A program made the position numbers and the translations under genes. 62,316 nt of DNA from Dehalococcoidia bacterium. GTDB lineage: Bacteria; Chloroflexota; Dehalococcoidia; GIF9; AB-539-J10. The notes under the pieces were generated by a model. It was not told the DNA's origin, did not search any database, and saw nothing but the letters and a program-made list of their open reading frames with translations. The stretch lies in contig PULQ01000025.1 in assembly GCA_003552465.1 (NCBI GenBank), positions 1 through 62,316 of the forward strand. Reading direction: 5' to 3'. Every line of letters starts with the position of its first letter. The first letter of the stretch is position 1. Positions 48,229-56,401 of the stretch are shown here, in pieces.

Positions 48229-49431
48229 TTAGCTCCCTCCCGACCACAGGCCGTGGGTCCAGTTGACCAGCGCCACGATCGGGTCGACCACGCCCACCCT
48301 CACCGTCGTTCTCAGGAAGTCGTGTCCCGAGATGAAACCGGCGATGGGCGGACTGGTTCTGTAGTAGAGGGATACGAACCCGGCCCCCAGCCTGTTGGGC
48401 ATCAGTACAGTGTCCCTGAACTCCCTCAGGATATCTATCTGGACGGCTGAGTCCGTGCCGTAGGCGGCGGTGGCGATGAAGCACCCCGTTAACGGGTCAG
48501 GTTGGGCGGTGAATTGGGCGGTGATCTCCACGTCAAAGTCCGGCATGGTGAAGGTGGTCGACGCTGCGTTCGCATTGCCGAAGTCTATCTCCGGCGACGA
48601 CGTCCAGCCGGCGAACTGGTAATCGGCTGCCGGCGACGCACTTATGCTCACCGTCTGCCCTTCTTCCCTGAGGTACTCTCTCCCCGCAGTGGGAGTGGTC
48701 GTTCCACCCAGCGGCGGCGAAGCCGTCATGGTCAGGGTCCAGTAGACCGTATCGTCCTCCTCCTCCTCTTCGAAGTGGGCGGTTATGGTAACGTCTGCCT
48801 CGGGCATGGCGAAGGTGGTCGTCGCGGAGGTGTTGTTGGTAAAGTCGCCCTCCGTCGCCGTCCACTCCTTGAACTCATAGCCCTCGTCGGCCTCCGCCAC
48901 CAGGTTCACCACCTTGCCGTACTCTTGGGAAAAGGTCCCTTCGCCGGGACTGGTCACCGACCCGCCCTCCGTGCTCTCTATGGTCAGGTCGTACTCCACT
49001 ATCACCGGCTCGTCATCGATCGTCAGGTCGATCCTGTACAACTCCCCTGCTTCCCCGGTCGGGCCAAAGGTATGTGTCTCATTGGCCAGTTCGCCGCCCA
49101 CCTTGAATCTCACCACCTTCCCCGGATCGTTGGCGGTTCGAGGAACGCTGAACGTGTACCAGCTCTCATCCTGAAACTCGAACAGCGAGGTCCAGGACCT
49201 GCGCTGGGTCTCCTCTCCCACGAAGGCTTCGACGATCGTGCCGGGCTCAACCGGCTGTCCGTTGACCGTCGCTGTGCCCTCGAAGAAGTCGTCCATTATC
49301 GGAAAGCTGTCGGCATAGGCCGGTGTCGCGGCGGCCAGCACCAGGGCCAGGGCCAGCAGGAGCCCCAGGGCTCCCGCTGGCCGGCCGGCCCCTGTTCTAC
49401 TCAAATTGTATCCGCGCGTCTGCCCTTTCAT
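48229..49431 (-). CDS. CFI-box-CTERM surface protein with two InlB-B-like repeats
   Basis: Signal peptide, FFEG..TVNG domain, GY.F..WT repeats, CFIATAAYGT...LREFRD...FVSLYY..SPP. Confidence 0.85.
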   Translation of the reverse strand: MKGQTRGYNLSRTGAGRPAGALGLLLALALVLAAATPAYADSFPIMDDFFEGTATVNGQPVEPGTIVEAFVGEETQRRSWTSLFEFQDESWYTFSVPRTANDPGKVVRFKVGGELANETHTFGPTGEAGELYRIDLTIDDEPVIVEYDLTIESTEGGSVTSPGEGTFSQEYGKVVNLVAEADEGYEFKEWTATEGDFTNNTSATTTFAMPEADVTITAHFEEEEEDDTVYWTLTMTASPPLGGTTTPTAGREYLREEGQTVSISASPAADYQFAGWTSSPEIDFGNANAASTTFTMPDFDVEITAQFTAQPDPLTGCFIATAAYGTDSAVQIDILREFRDTVLMPNRLGAGFVSLYYRTSPPIAGFISGHDFLRTTVRVGVVDPIVALVNWTHGLWSGGS

Positions 49432-49449
49432 AGTTCGGTCACCTTTGGA

Positions 49450-50883
49450 TTAGAGAACCGGCGAACCCGGAACCACCTGTCCGTCTGCGGCAAAGTGGAC
49501 CCAGTAGCCGAAACCGGGAACGAACTGGGTAACGGGCACGTAGGCGTTGCCGCTCAATCCGAGTATTCCTCCACCGATGGCGGCAGCGGGAAGCAGGTAG
49601 TCAGCGGCATCCCCAGGATCAGCCAGGTTCGTGTAGCCCATCATGGTCCAGCCTTTCGCGACGTTATACGTGAACGGCGGTTCCGGTGCGTATGCCTCGG
49701 CGTGTCCGAATAGCCACATTGCACCGTTGAGGGCAGGGTTCCAGTTCTCGTTGGTGGTCTTCATGCGGACAAGGTAGCCCTTGCCGTCCTCGATCGTGTT
49801 GAGCGACTGGTACTCGGCTGGCAGCGAGGAGTTGGTGTCGTAGCCGAACCATTTGCCCTGGACATTGTCGTAGTAACGGACGCTAACCAGGTTGGCCTCC
49901 ACGGGCTCAAAGACACTATCGATTGCGTCGTCGAAGAGCCTGAGAGGCGTGGAGAAGAAGTTCCACTTCGGTCCGAATTCGGGGCGTAGGAAGGAGTCCA
50001 GGTCCTGATAAGCCTTGAACATGTACTCCTTCTCGTATTCTCTGATGCCCGGCTCCTCACATGGGGGGGCAGGAATCTCTCCCTCGAGATGGAAGTTGAT
50101 CACGTAGTGCTGGCAGTCCTCCGAGGGTGTGTGTGCGTGAATGGTCAGAGGCAGTACGATCGTGACGTTGGCTCCCAGGTCATACGTGCCCAGCGGTAAT
50201 TTCTCGCACTCCTCCATGGCAGTTCCATTGAAGGTAACCTCTCCCGGGGCATCCGGCTTCAGGTGGGCCCAGACTTCGGTATCGCCCCAGCCTGCGCAGC
50301 CAAGTTTGTCGGTCTTTATGATCAGGTTGAAATCGTACACTTCACAGGCCTGTAGTGGGGGCCAGATGTCCTCGGCTATGCCCGGGTATGAGGGCCCGAA
50401 GTCGACCACGAACTTGTAAGTCGATACCGCCGGCACGATTTCGTACTCACCACAGTCGATCTGCTCGAGAGGACAGCACAGCATGTCCACCCAGACGTTC
50501 AGGGTGTAATAGTCTGGGGTGTCGGGGTTCTTCACTCCGTCGATGCAGATGACGACTGTAGCACTAGCGTCAATGTTGGCCGGGACCCCGACCGTGACCA
50601 GCAGGCCGTCTAGGACAGCAGTGGCTGCTGCCCCGTCGACGGTCGCGGTGACCGTCGCGCCAAAGGTCGTGCCCTCCGGGAACTGGATGACGAACTTGTC
50701 GTTGCCCGCCAGCATCTGGTACTTGCTTTCGAACTCAATGCAGTACTCGGCGAGGTAACCCGCGCAGGGCGGGGTTACGGTCACAGCGGCGTCGCACTCT
50801 TCGTCTGCCAGCACCGGCATGGCCACCAGGCTCATGCCCAGCACCAGTCCGAGGGCCAGGATAATGCTAAGTATCTTTTTCAC
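49450..50883 (-). CDS. Cys-rich secreted surface/S-layer-like protein
   Basis: RBS AGGAGG, signal peptide MKKILSIILALGLVLG...VLA, many Cys, C-terminal WNFFSTP...GKGY.V...GWTMMG...PGFGYWV domain. Confidence 0.82.
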   Translation of the reverse strand: MKKILSIILALGLVLGMSLVAMPVLADEECDAAVTVTPPCAGYLAEYCIEFESKYQMLAGNDKFVIQFPEGTTFGATVTATVDGAAATAVLDGLLVTVGVPANIDASATVVICIDGVKNPDTPDYYTLNVWVDMLCCPLEQIDCGEYEIVPAVSTYKFVVDFGPSYPGIAEDIWPPLQACEVYDFNLIIKTDKLGCAGWGDTEVWAHLKPDAPGEVTFNGTAMEECEKLPLGTYDLGANVTIVLPLTIHAHTPSEDCQHYVINFHLEGEIPAPPCEEPGIREYEKEYMFKAYQDLDSFLRPEFGPKWNFFSTPLRLFDDAIDSVFEPVEANLVSVRYYDNVQGKWFGYDTNSSLPAEYQSLNTIEDGKGYLVRMKTTNENWNPALNGAMWLFGHAEAYAPEPPFTYNVAKGWTMMGYTNLADPGDAADYLLPAAAIGGGILGLSGNAYVPVTQFVPGFGYWVHFAADGQVVPGSPVL

Positions 50884-51102
50884 CTCTTTCCTCCTTTTTG
50901 AATTGTCAGGCTTTTGATAGTCAGGCTATCTGTTTCCATTATTATCAGTGCCTGATTTCTCATGCTCGGTTGCCTGCATATATTCTGACTATTTTCGCGC
51001 TACCTCGAATAGATATTTGAGGTCTCGCTCAATGCCCATGACCGACCCGCACCCTCCCCGTGGAGGATGCACCATGGGTTGGAGTGGTCTTCCTTATTGT
51101 AT

Positions 51103-51250
51103 AGATTGCCGCGCCTCGCTCGCAATGACAGGAAACAATCGTCATCGGGAGGACTGGCGTAGCCAGGACATGGCGATCTCGTTGGTCTGCATGCATCGGG
51201 ATTGCTTCGGGGCTTCGCCGCTCGCAATGACGGGAAATACTGTCATCGCG
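51103..51250. repeat. Tandem TGTC/CGTC-type palindromic repeats
   Basis: GATTGCC...TCGCAATGACA, CGTCATCG...GCGATCTC, GATTGCTTCG...TCGCAATGACG. Confidence 0.72.
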
Positions 51251-51459
51251 TAACGAACTCGCGAAGTGCAGCAACGGACGTGCCTCTGTGCTGAGTTGCT
51301 CTGCCACCTGCGCTGTCAACTCCCTTCTCACCCTTGGTGTGGCTGTCTTACCGACCTCGTCGCCGCTTCCGGCCAACCCCTCCGGACACCGACTGCTCAT
51401 CACCTCGCTTCTCGATATGCTCCGATACAGACTCCGGGCTTCCCCGGGTCGCACTTAGC

Positions 51460-51488
51460 ATTCTAGCACCCGCTATCAGGACTGTCAA
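51460..51488 (-). promoter_or_regulatory. Near-consensus sigma70 promoter facing the 50883 gene
   Basis: TTGACA-17-TAGAAT with TG extension. Confidence 0.7.
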
Positions 51489-51540
51489 TACCCCTGGCGC
51501 CCCGGGAGAAAATTATCCGCTGGCCCGCTCACCCCCGCCG

Positions 51541-51629
51541 GGATTGCGTCGTCGCCTGCCGGCTCCTCGCAATGACTGGAAGGAGTTTTCATCGCGAGTC
51601 CCGATGAAATCGGGACGTGGTGATCCCGT
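51541..51629. repeat. TGTC-type palindromic repeats
   Basis: GGATTGCGTCGTC...CTCGCAATGAC and TCATCGCGAGTCCCGATGAAATCGGGACGTGG. Confidence 0.7.
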
Positions 51630-51651
51630 CGCCCGGACTGCGGCTCACATA

Positions 51652-53280
51652 TCAGCCCAGCACCCAGTCATCCACATCACACTGACCTGAGGCATTGCGG
51701 CCCACAGCCACCACGGTGCCGTTACCCTTGAGCCCCACCGTATGGAGGATGCCAGCATCGACCTGGATGATATCGCTCCAGCCCCCGACCTGGCACTGCC
51801 CGCGATCGCACCAGCCGGAGTGCACGACAGTGCCATCCGACCTGAGGCCGACCGATGCCTGGCAGCCCCCCGCCACCTGCACGATGTCGGTCCAATGGCC
51901 TACCGCCGTCTCCCCGTAGTTGTCGCGCCCTACTGCCAGTACAGTGCCGTCGGACTCAAGCCCCAGTGTGTGATGCCCCCCTGCTCCAACCTGGACAATA
52001 TCGGTCCAATCTCCGACCTCGAGTCGTCCATCCACTGTATTACCCACGGCTGCGACGGTGCCGTCTGCCCTGAGCCCCAGCGTGTGGTAGAAACCGGCGG
52101 CCACCCGGACGATGCCGGTCCAGCCGTCCACGTCGCATTGGCCCGAGGTGTTACGTCCTGTGGCAACCAGCGTCCCATCGGACCTGAGACCCACCGTGTG
52201 ATATCTCCCGCAATCCACCTGGACGATGTCCGTCCAGTCGCCAACATCACACTCCCCCTCGTCGTTGCCTCCGGCGGCGATCACCGTGCCGTCGGCCCTG
52301 AGCCCGATTGTGTGACGTTCGCCCGCCACCAACTGCACAATGCTCGTCCAATCACCGACCTCGCACTGTCCCTGTGCGTTGTATCCGGTGGCCACCACGG
52401 TTCCGTCAGACCTCATCCCGACCGTGTGCCAGATGCCGGCGGTTACCATGGGTATGGCCTCGAAACGGGCACTGATTGTCAGGTCTCTGTCGATATGAAC
52501 CGTAGTCTCAGGAGCATGCGCATCGTCAATGCCCTCCACATCGCCCGTCCAGCCGGCGAAGCGGCAATTCATGGCAGGCTCGGCCACAAGGTCGACCGGA
52601 GTTCCGCAGTCGTAGGTAAATGTGCCCTCGCCAGGACCGGTCACCGAACCGAAGGCGGTGCTGTTTACCGTGAGTTGATAGCGCAGCCGTGCGAAGTTGG
52701 CGGTCACGGTTCTGGTCGCATTCTCCCCGATGGTGATGGCGATGGTGGTGCTGGCGGAGTACGGGTCTGCAATGCCCTCTGTGTCGCCGGTCCATCCTGT
52801 GAACTCGTAGCACTCGTCGGCCACGGCCACCAGGTCGACCACCGTGTCGGCATCGTAGGTGAATACCCCCTCGCCGGGGGCGGTCACCGAGCCGCCGTCC
52901 GTGCTCGACACGGTCAGGTCGCAGTCTACGATGGGAGCTGGCTCGAAGTTGGCGGTAATGGAGTAGTCCGCCCTCACTGTGATGGTGGTCTCGGCGGCGT
53001 CGACGTCATCGACGCTGCGCACATCGCCGGTCCAGTTAACGAACTGATAGCCCGGATCAGCTTCGGCCACCAGGCCGACGACCTCGCCGAATTCATAGGT
53101 GTAGGAACCAAGGCCCGGGTCGGTGACCGAGCCCCCGTCGGTAGCCGAGATGGTGAGTTCGCACTCCGTCACAGCGCTTTCGGTGCAGCACACCAGCGCA
53201 GCAATGAAGACGACGACAACAAGAAAGGCGCTGGCTCTACTACTCAGGCGGTGCCTCCCTGAAGCGGGACGTGTCTTCAT
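51652..53280 (-). CDS. Surface (possible lipo)protein with three InlB-B-like repeats and RCC1-like repeats
   Basis: Leader ending LVCC, ST.GGSVT.PG.G repeats, about seven 37-aa AG..HT.GLR.DGTV.A.G.N..GQC.V.DW repeats. Confidence 0.88.
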   Translation of the reverse strand: MKTRPASGRHRLSSRASAFLVVVVFIAALVCCTESAVTECELTISATDGGSVTDPGLGSYTYEFGEVVGLVAEADPGYQFVNWTGDVRSVDDVDAAETTITVRADYSITANFEPAPIVDCDLTVSSTDGGSVTAPGEGVFTYDADTVVDLVAVADECYEFTGWTGDTEGIADPYSASTTIAITIGENATRTVTANFARLRYQLTVNSTAFGSVTGPGEGTFTYDCGTPVDLVAEPAMNCRFAGWTGDVEGIDDAHAPETTVHIDRDLTISARFEAIPMVTAGIWHTVGMRSDGTVVATGYNAQGQCEVGDWTSIVQLVAGERHTIGLRADGTVIAAGGNDEGECDVGDWTDIVQVDCGRYHTVGLRSDGTLVATGRNTSGQCDVDGWTGIVRVAAGFYHTLGLRADGTVAAVGNTVDGRLEVGDWTDIVQVGAGGHHTLGLESDGTVLAVGRDNYGETAVGHWTDIVQVAGGCQASVGLRSDGTVVHSGWCDRGQCQVGGWSDIIQVDAGILHTVGLKGNGTVVAVGRNASGQCDVDDWVLG

Positions 53281-53442
53281 GCATGGCTCCCTTCCTGGCG
53301 GATCGGTTCAGGCGAAGTTCCCCGCAGGAATTATGCTCTGCTAACACCGCCCTGTCAAATGGGCGGGGGAGGGGCCAAGCCGCCGACTCGGGCAGCCAGC
53401 GCGGACACCCAGTCGGCAGCTATTCGGTAGATCAGGTCGGAA

Positions 53443-53690
53443 TTGCTTCGTCGTCCCGATTGCATCGGGATGCCTCGCAACGACAGGAGAGAATTGTCAT
53501 CGCGAGTCCCGACGAGAATGCTTCGTCGTCCCGACACGTCGGGACTTCTCGCAAACACAGGGAGGAATTGACCTCCTTCTTCTGGGGGAAAGAGTTAGAG
53601 CGAGGGAGAGGACGTAGCGACGGGATTGCTTCGGCACTACGTGCCTCGCAACGACGGTAAGAGGCAGGTCGGGGTTCGCAACGACAAGCA
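53443..53690. repeat. Cluster of TGTC-type palindromic repeats
   Basis: ATTGCTTCGTCGTCCCGATTGCATCGGGA...CTCGCAACGACA, TGTCATCGCGAGTCCCGAC, GTCCCGACACGTCGGGAC, GATTGCTTCG...CTCGCAACGAC. Confidence 0.72.
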
Positions 53691-53813
53691 GGGACTGTCG
53701 TCCCTCAATCGATGATCTACAACGTAATGTCGGTCTGTGACGCTCAGATACCTTGACAAAGCTGCCATATTGTGTTTTAAATGTATTTCAGAGCGACCCG
53801 ATGAGGAGTCTGA

Positions 53814-55595
53814 ATGCGTAGAGTAACGACTGCCGCTTTGGCAGGTCTTTTATTATTGACACTGTTCCTGCCCCCGCCGGCTCTGGCAGACGAGCCGGCA
53901 CAGTATTCCATTACGACGGACCCCCTTTCCGGGGCCTACGGCGACGCGATCGATGTGTGGATAGTTGTTCCGGAGGCGGGCAGGTACCATATCTGCTGGG
54001 GTGCCGCCTCGCTAGCCCGGAGCTTAACAGAGATCCATGCACCCGCCGCCGGAAACTGGTCGGGCCAGTTCGCTGTTCCGGAAGCTGCCAGGGACCTTCA
54101 CGAGGATATCCTTTATCTGATCCGGGTAGAGGATCAGACGCTGGCCAGGGCCGACTTTGAGATCTATCCTCACGTGACAATTACGCCGAGGCAGGGCCCT
54201 GTTGGCACAACGGTGACGATAAAGGGTTACGGATTCAGCGAAGGAGAAACGGGCATCCCTATCGCGTTCCGCGGCAGCGAGATCATGACGGCGACAGCCG
54301 ATGCGCAGGGCAGCTGGGAGGAGACCCATTCCATACCCGGACTCGCGGCAGGGTCCTATCGATTCGACGTAGGACCCGATAGCGTAACCGACCGGGTCTG
54401 GCACATGCATTTCACGGTCACTCCTGAGATCACCGTGAATAAGGTGTCCGGCGTGGTCGGCGATATAGTGAGAGTGGGCGGCACAGGCTTTGCGGCCAAT
54501 GAGAAGGCGATACGGATCACTTTCGACGGAGAAATCCGCAGGGACAACATCCTGGCCGATTCCGACGGCTCCTTTTCCAACATCGAGTTCACCGTCCCCC
54601 GCAGAGGAAGCGGAACCTATGAAATCGGAGCCTCGGGCTCCAAGACCTGGGCCCGCGATGTGCCGACCCGCCCGTTTACCATCGTGACCGGAATATCGGC
54701 CTCGCCTACCGAAGCTTATGTCGGTGATGAGATTACAGTTACCGGCAGCGGGTTTGCAGCCTGGGAGACCGGTATAAGATTCACATTTGGCGGCAAGGCG
54801 GTTGATGCCGGTACGGTCACCGCTGACAGATTAGGTACATTTGAAGCGTCGTTTGTCGTCCCCACAAGCACCTTTGATTCCAAGACGGTAACTGCTCGTG
54901 GTGACACGACACTGGAGGCTGACGTCGAAGAGGCTACCGTCAAGGTACTGGCAAGGATAACTGATGTAAACCCACAGGAGGCGTCACCGGGCGACTCGGT
55001 TACCATTAGCGGCGATGGTTTTCGCGCTAACCAGGCCATGACGGTGACGTTTGCCGGCAGGGAAGTGCTGGAGTCAGTTGATTCGAATAACGATGGCACG
55101 CTGAGTGCCACGGTTACGGTGCCGGCCAATCCGCCAGGACCGCTGAGCGTCACGGCCAGCGGAGGTGGGGCACAGGCGTCAGCCGATTTCACGGTGATAC
55201 AGAAGACCCTGGACACGCCGCGGCCGGTTGCGCCTGAAGAAGCTAGAAGGCTACGGTCGGGGGAGGTGAAGTTTGAATGGGGCAGGATAACGGTGGGCAG
55301 TGACCGGACTGTCACATACATGCTCAGGATCGACGGTCCCGGGGGCGCACAGATGTATGAAGAGCTTGACGGGTTGAAGTTCACGATCCCGGCGGCCGAG
55401 GCTCTGCGTCCCGGCCAATATGAGTGGCAGGTCAGAGCGGTGGACCAGTTCGAGAATGTGAGCGAATGGTCCGAGCCGATGGTGTTCACAGTGTCTCCCA
55501 TTCCCCGTTGGGTATGGGTACTGGTGGGCCTGGCCGTGTTCACCATCCTCATGGTCGTGGCCTACCGCGAGGAGAAGTTCAGGCTCACGCCGTGA
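53814..55595 (+). CDS. Surface protein with tandem IPT/TIG-like Ig repeats and C-terminal TM anchor
   Basis: Signal peptide, repeated P..G.VG..VT..G.GF...E units, C-terminal hydrophobic helix. Confidence 0.85.
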   Translation: MRRVTTAALAGLLLLTLFLPPPALADEPAQYSITTDPLSGAYGDAIDVWIVVPEAGRYHICWGAASLARSLTEIHAPAAGNWSGQFAVPEAARDLHEDILYLIRVEDQTLARADFEIYPHVTITPRQGPVGTTVTIKGYGFSEGETGIPIAFRGSEIMTATADAQGSWEETHSIPGLAAGSYRFDVGPDSVTDRVWHMHFTVTPEITVNKVSGVVGDIVRVGGTGFAANEKAIRITFDGEIRRDNILADSDGSFSNIEFTVPRRGSGTYEIGASGSKTWARDVPTRPFTIVTGISASPTEAYVGDEITVTGSGFAAWETGIRFTFGGKAVDAGTVTADRLGTFEASFVVPTSTFDSKTVTARGDTTLEADVEEATVKVLARITDVNPQEASPGDSVTISGDGFRANQAMTVTFAGREVLESVDSNNDGTLSATVTVPANPPGPLSVTASGGGAQASADFTVIQKTLDTPRPVAPEEARRLRSGEVKFEWGRITVGSDRTVTYMLRIDGPGGAQMYEELDGLKFTIPAAEALRPGQYEWQVRAVDQFENVSEWSEPMVFTVSPIPRWVWVLVGLAVFTILMVVAYREEKFRLTP

Positions 55596-55599
55596 ACTC

Positions 55600-55870
55600 G
55601 ACATAATGCGCAGCGGCGTTAATGAGCATACGGCACGACCCTGAAGGGTGGCACTACAGGAGTGTTGACATAATGTCCGGCAGCGGCAAGGATCATGCGG
55701 TACGACCCTGAAGGGTCGAACTACAGGATTGTTGACATAATGTCCGGCAGCGGTAAGAATCATGCGGCACGACCCTGAAGGGTGGCACTACAGGAGTTTT
55801 GACATAATGTCCGGGAGTAGGAAGGAGCATGCGGCACGACCCTGAAGGGTCGCAATACAGGAGTGTTGAC
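55600..55870. repeat. Four tandem 67-nt units each carrying a GTAG-type REP
   Basis: GAC-starting units at 55600, 55667, 55734, 55801 (partial at 55868). REP cores at 55634, 55701, 55768, 55835. Confidence 0.9.
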
Positions 55871-55951
55871 GACGATGGCTTTCGAGATGGAAGGAGTTGA
55901 ACGGGGGATTGCGGCTGAACTGGCTCCCTGCCCGAAAGGGGGTGAGTTCCT

Positions 55952-56098
55952 ATGGGCTGTGTGGTGATCGCTGCGGCGGTGGGCGGCCTTGGGATGCTGG
56001 CTGTATACGTGAGTGCCGTCCTCGGTTTCTTCCTGATGCTCTTTACAGCCATCGTTACGCAACTGGCCGGACTGATAGGCCTGGTGCTCCTGATATAA
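55952..56098 (+). CDS. Small charge-free hydrophobic peptide 1 (48 aa)
   Basis: RBS GAAAGGGGGTGAG. MGCVVIAAAVGGLGMLAVYVSAVLGFFLMLFTAIVTQLAGLIGLVLLI*. Confidence 0.7.
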   Translation: MGCVVIAAAVGGLGMLAVYVSAVLGFFLMLFTAIVTQLAGLIGLVLLI

Positions 56099-56172
56099 CC
56101 TGAGCAGGGCACAGGCGGGATGATAAATGAAGTTAGAATGAACTGCCCGTGTCCTGAGGAGAGAAAGGCTAT

Positions 56173-56322
56173 ATGGGCTGTATAGTGGCGCCTGCCCTGG
56201 CAGTCGTGTTTGGACTTGCGGGCTTTGCCCTGACCGGTGTTACGGCTCTGTTCATGGGCGTCGCCACCATTCTGGTTAGTGGCCTGAGCGGTCTCATGGC
56301 CTTCCTCATGATCCTGATATGA
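56173..56322 (+). CDS. Small charge-free hydrophobic peptide 2 (49 aa)
   Basis: RBS GGAGAGAAAGG. MGCIVAPALAVVFGLAGFALTGVTALFMGVATILVSGLSGLMAFLMILI*. Confidence 0.7.
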   Translation: MGCIVAPALAVVFGLAGFALTGVTALFMGVATILVSGLSGLMAFLMILI

Positions 56323-56401
56323 GGCCGGGCTCAACCAGGTTGGGCGCTATGATTCAGAAGAGAGTAGAAGCCAGCCAGTACGCTGAGGAGACGAACAGGC
56401 C

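Noticed and set aside
55600-55870. CRISPR array
   Set aside because: The sequences between the palindromes are near-identical to each other rather than unique spacers, and there are no cas genes. It is a tandem REP repeat.
55760-56334. Minus-strand ORFs 55760-56062 and 55693-56334
   Set aside because: They are antisense to the two RBS-bearing hydrophobic peptides and run into the REP array, so they are likely spurious.
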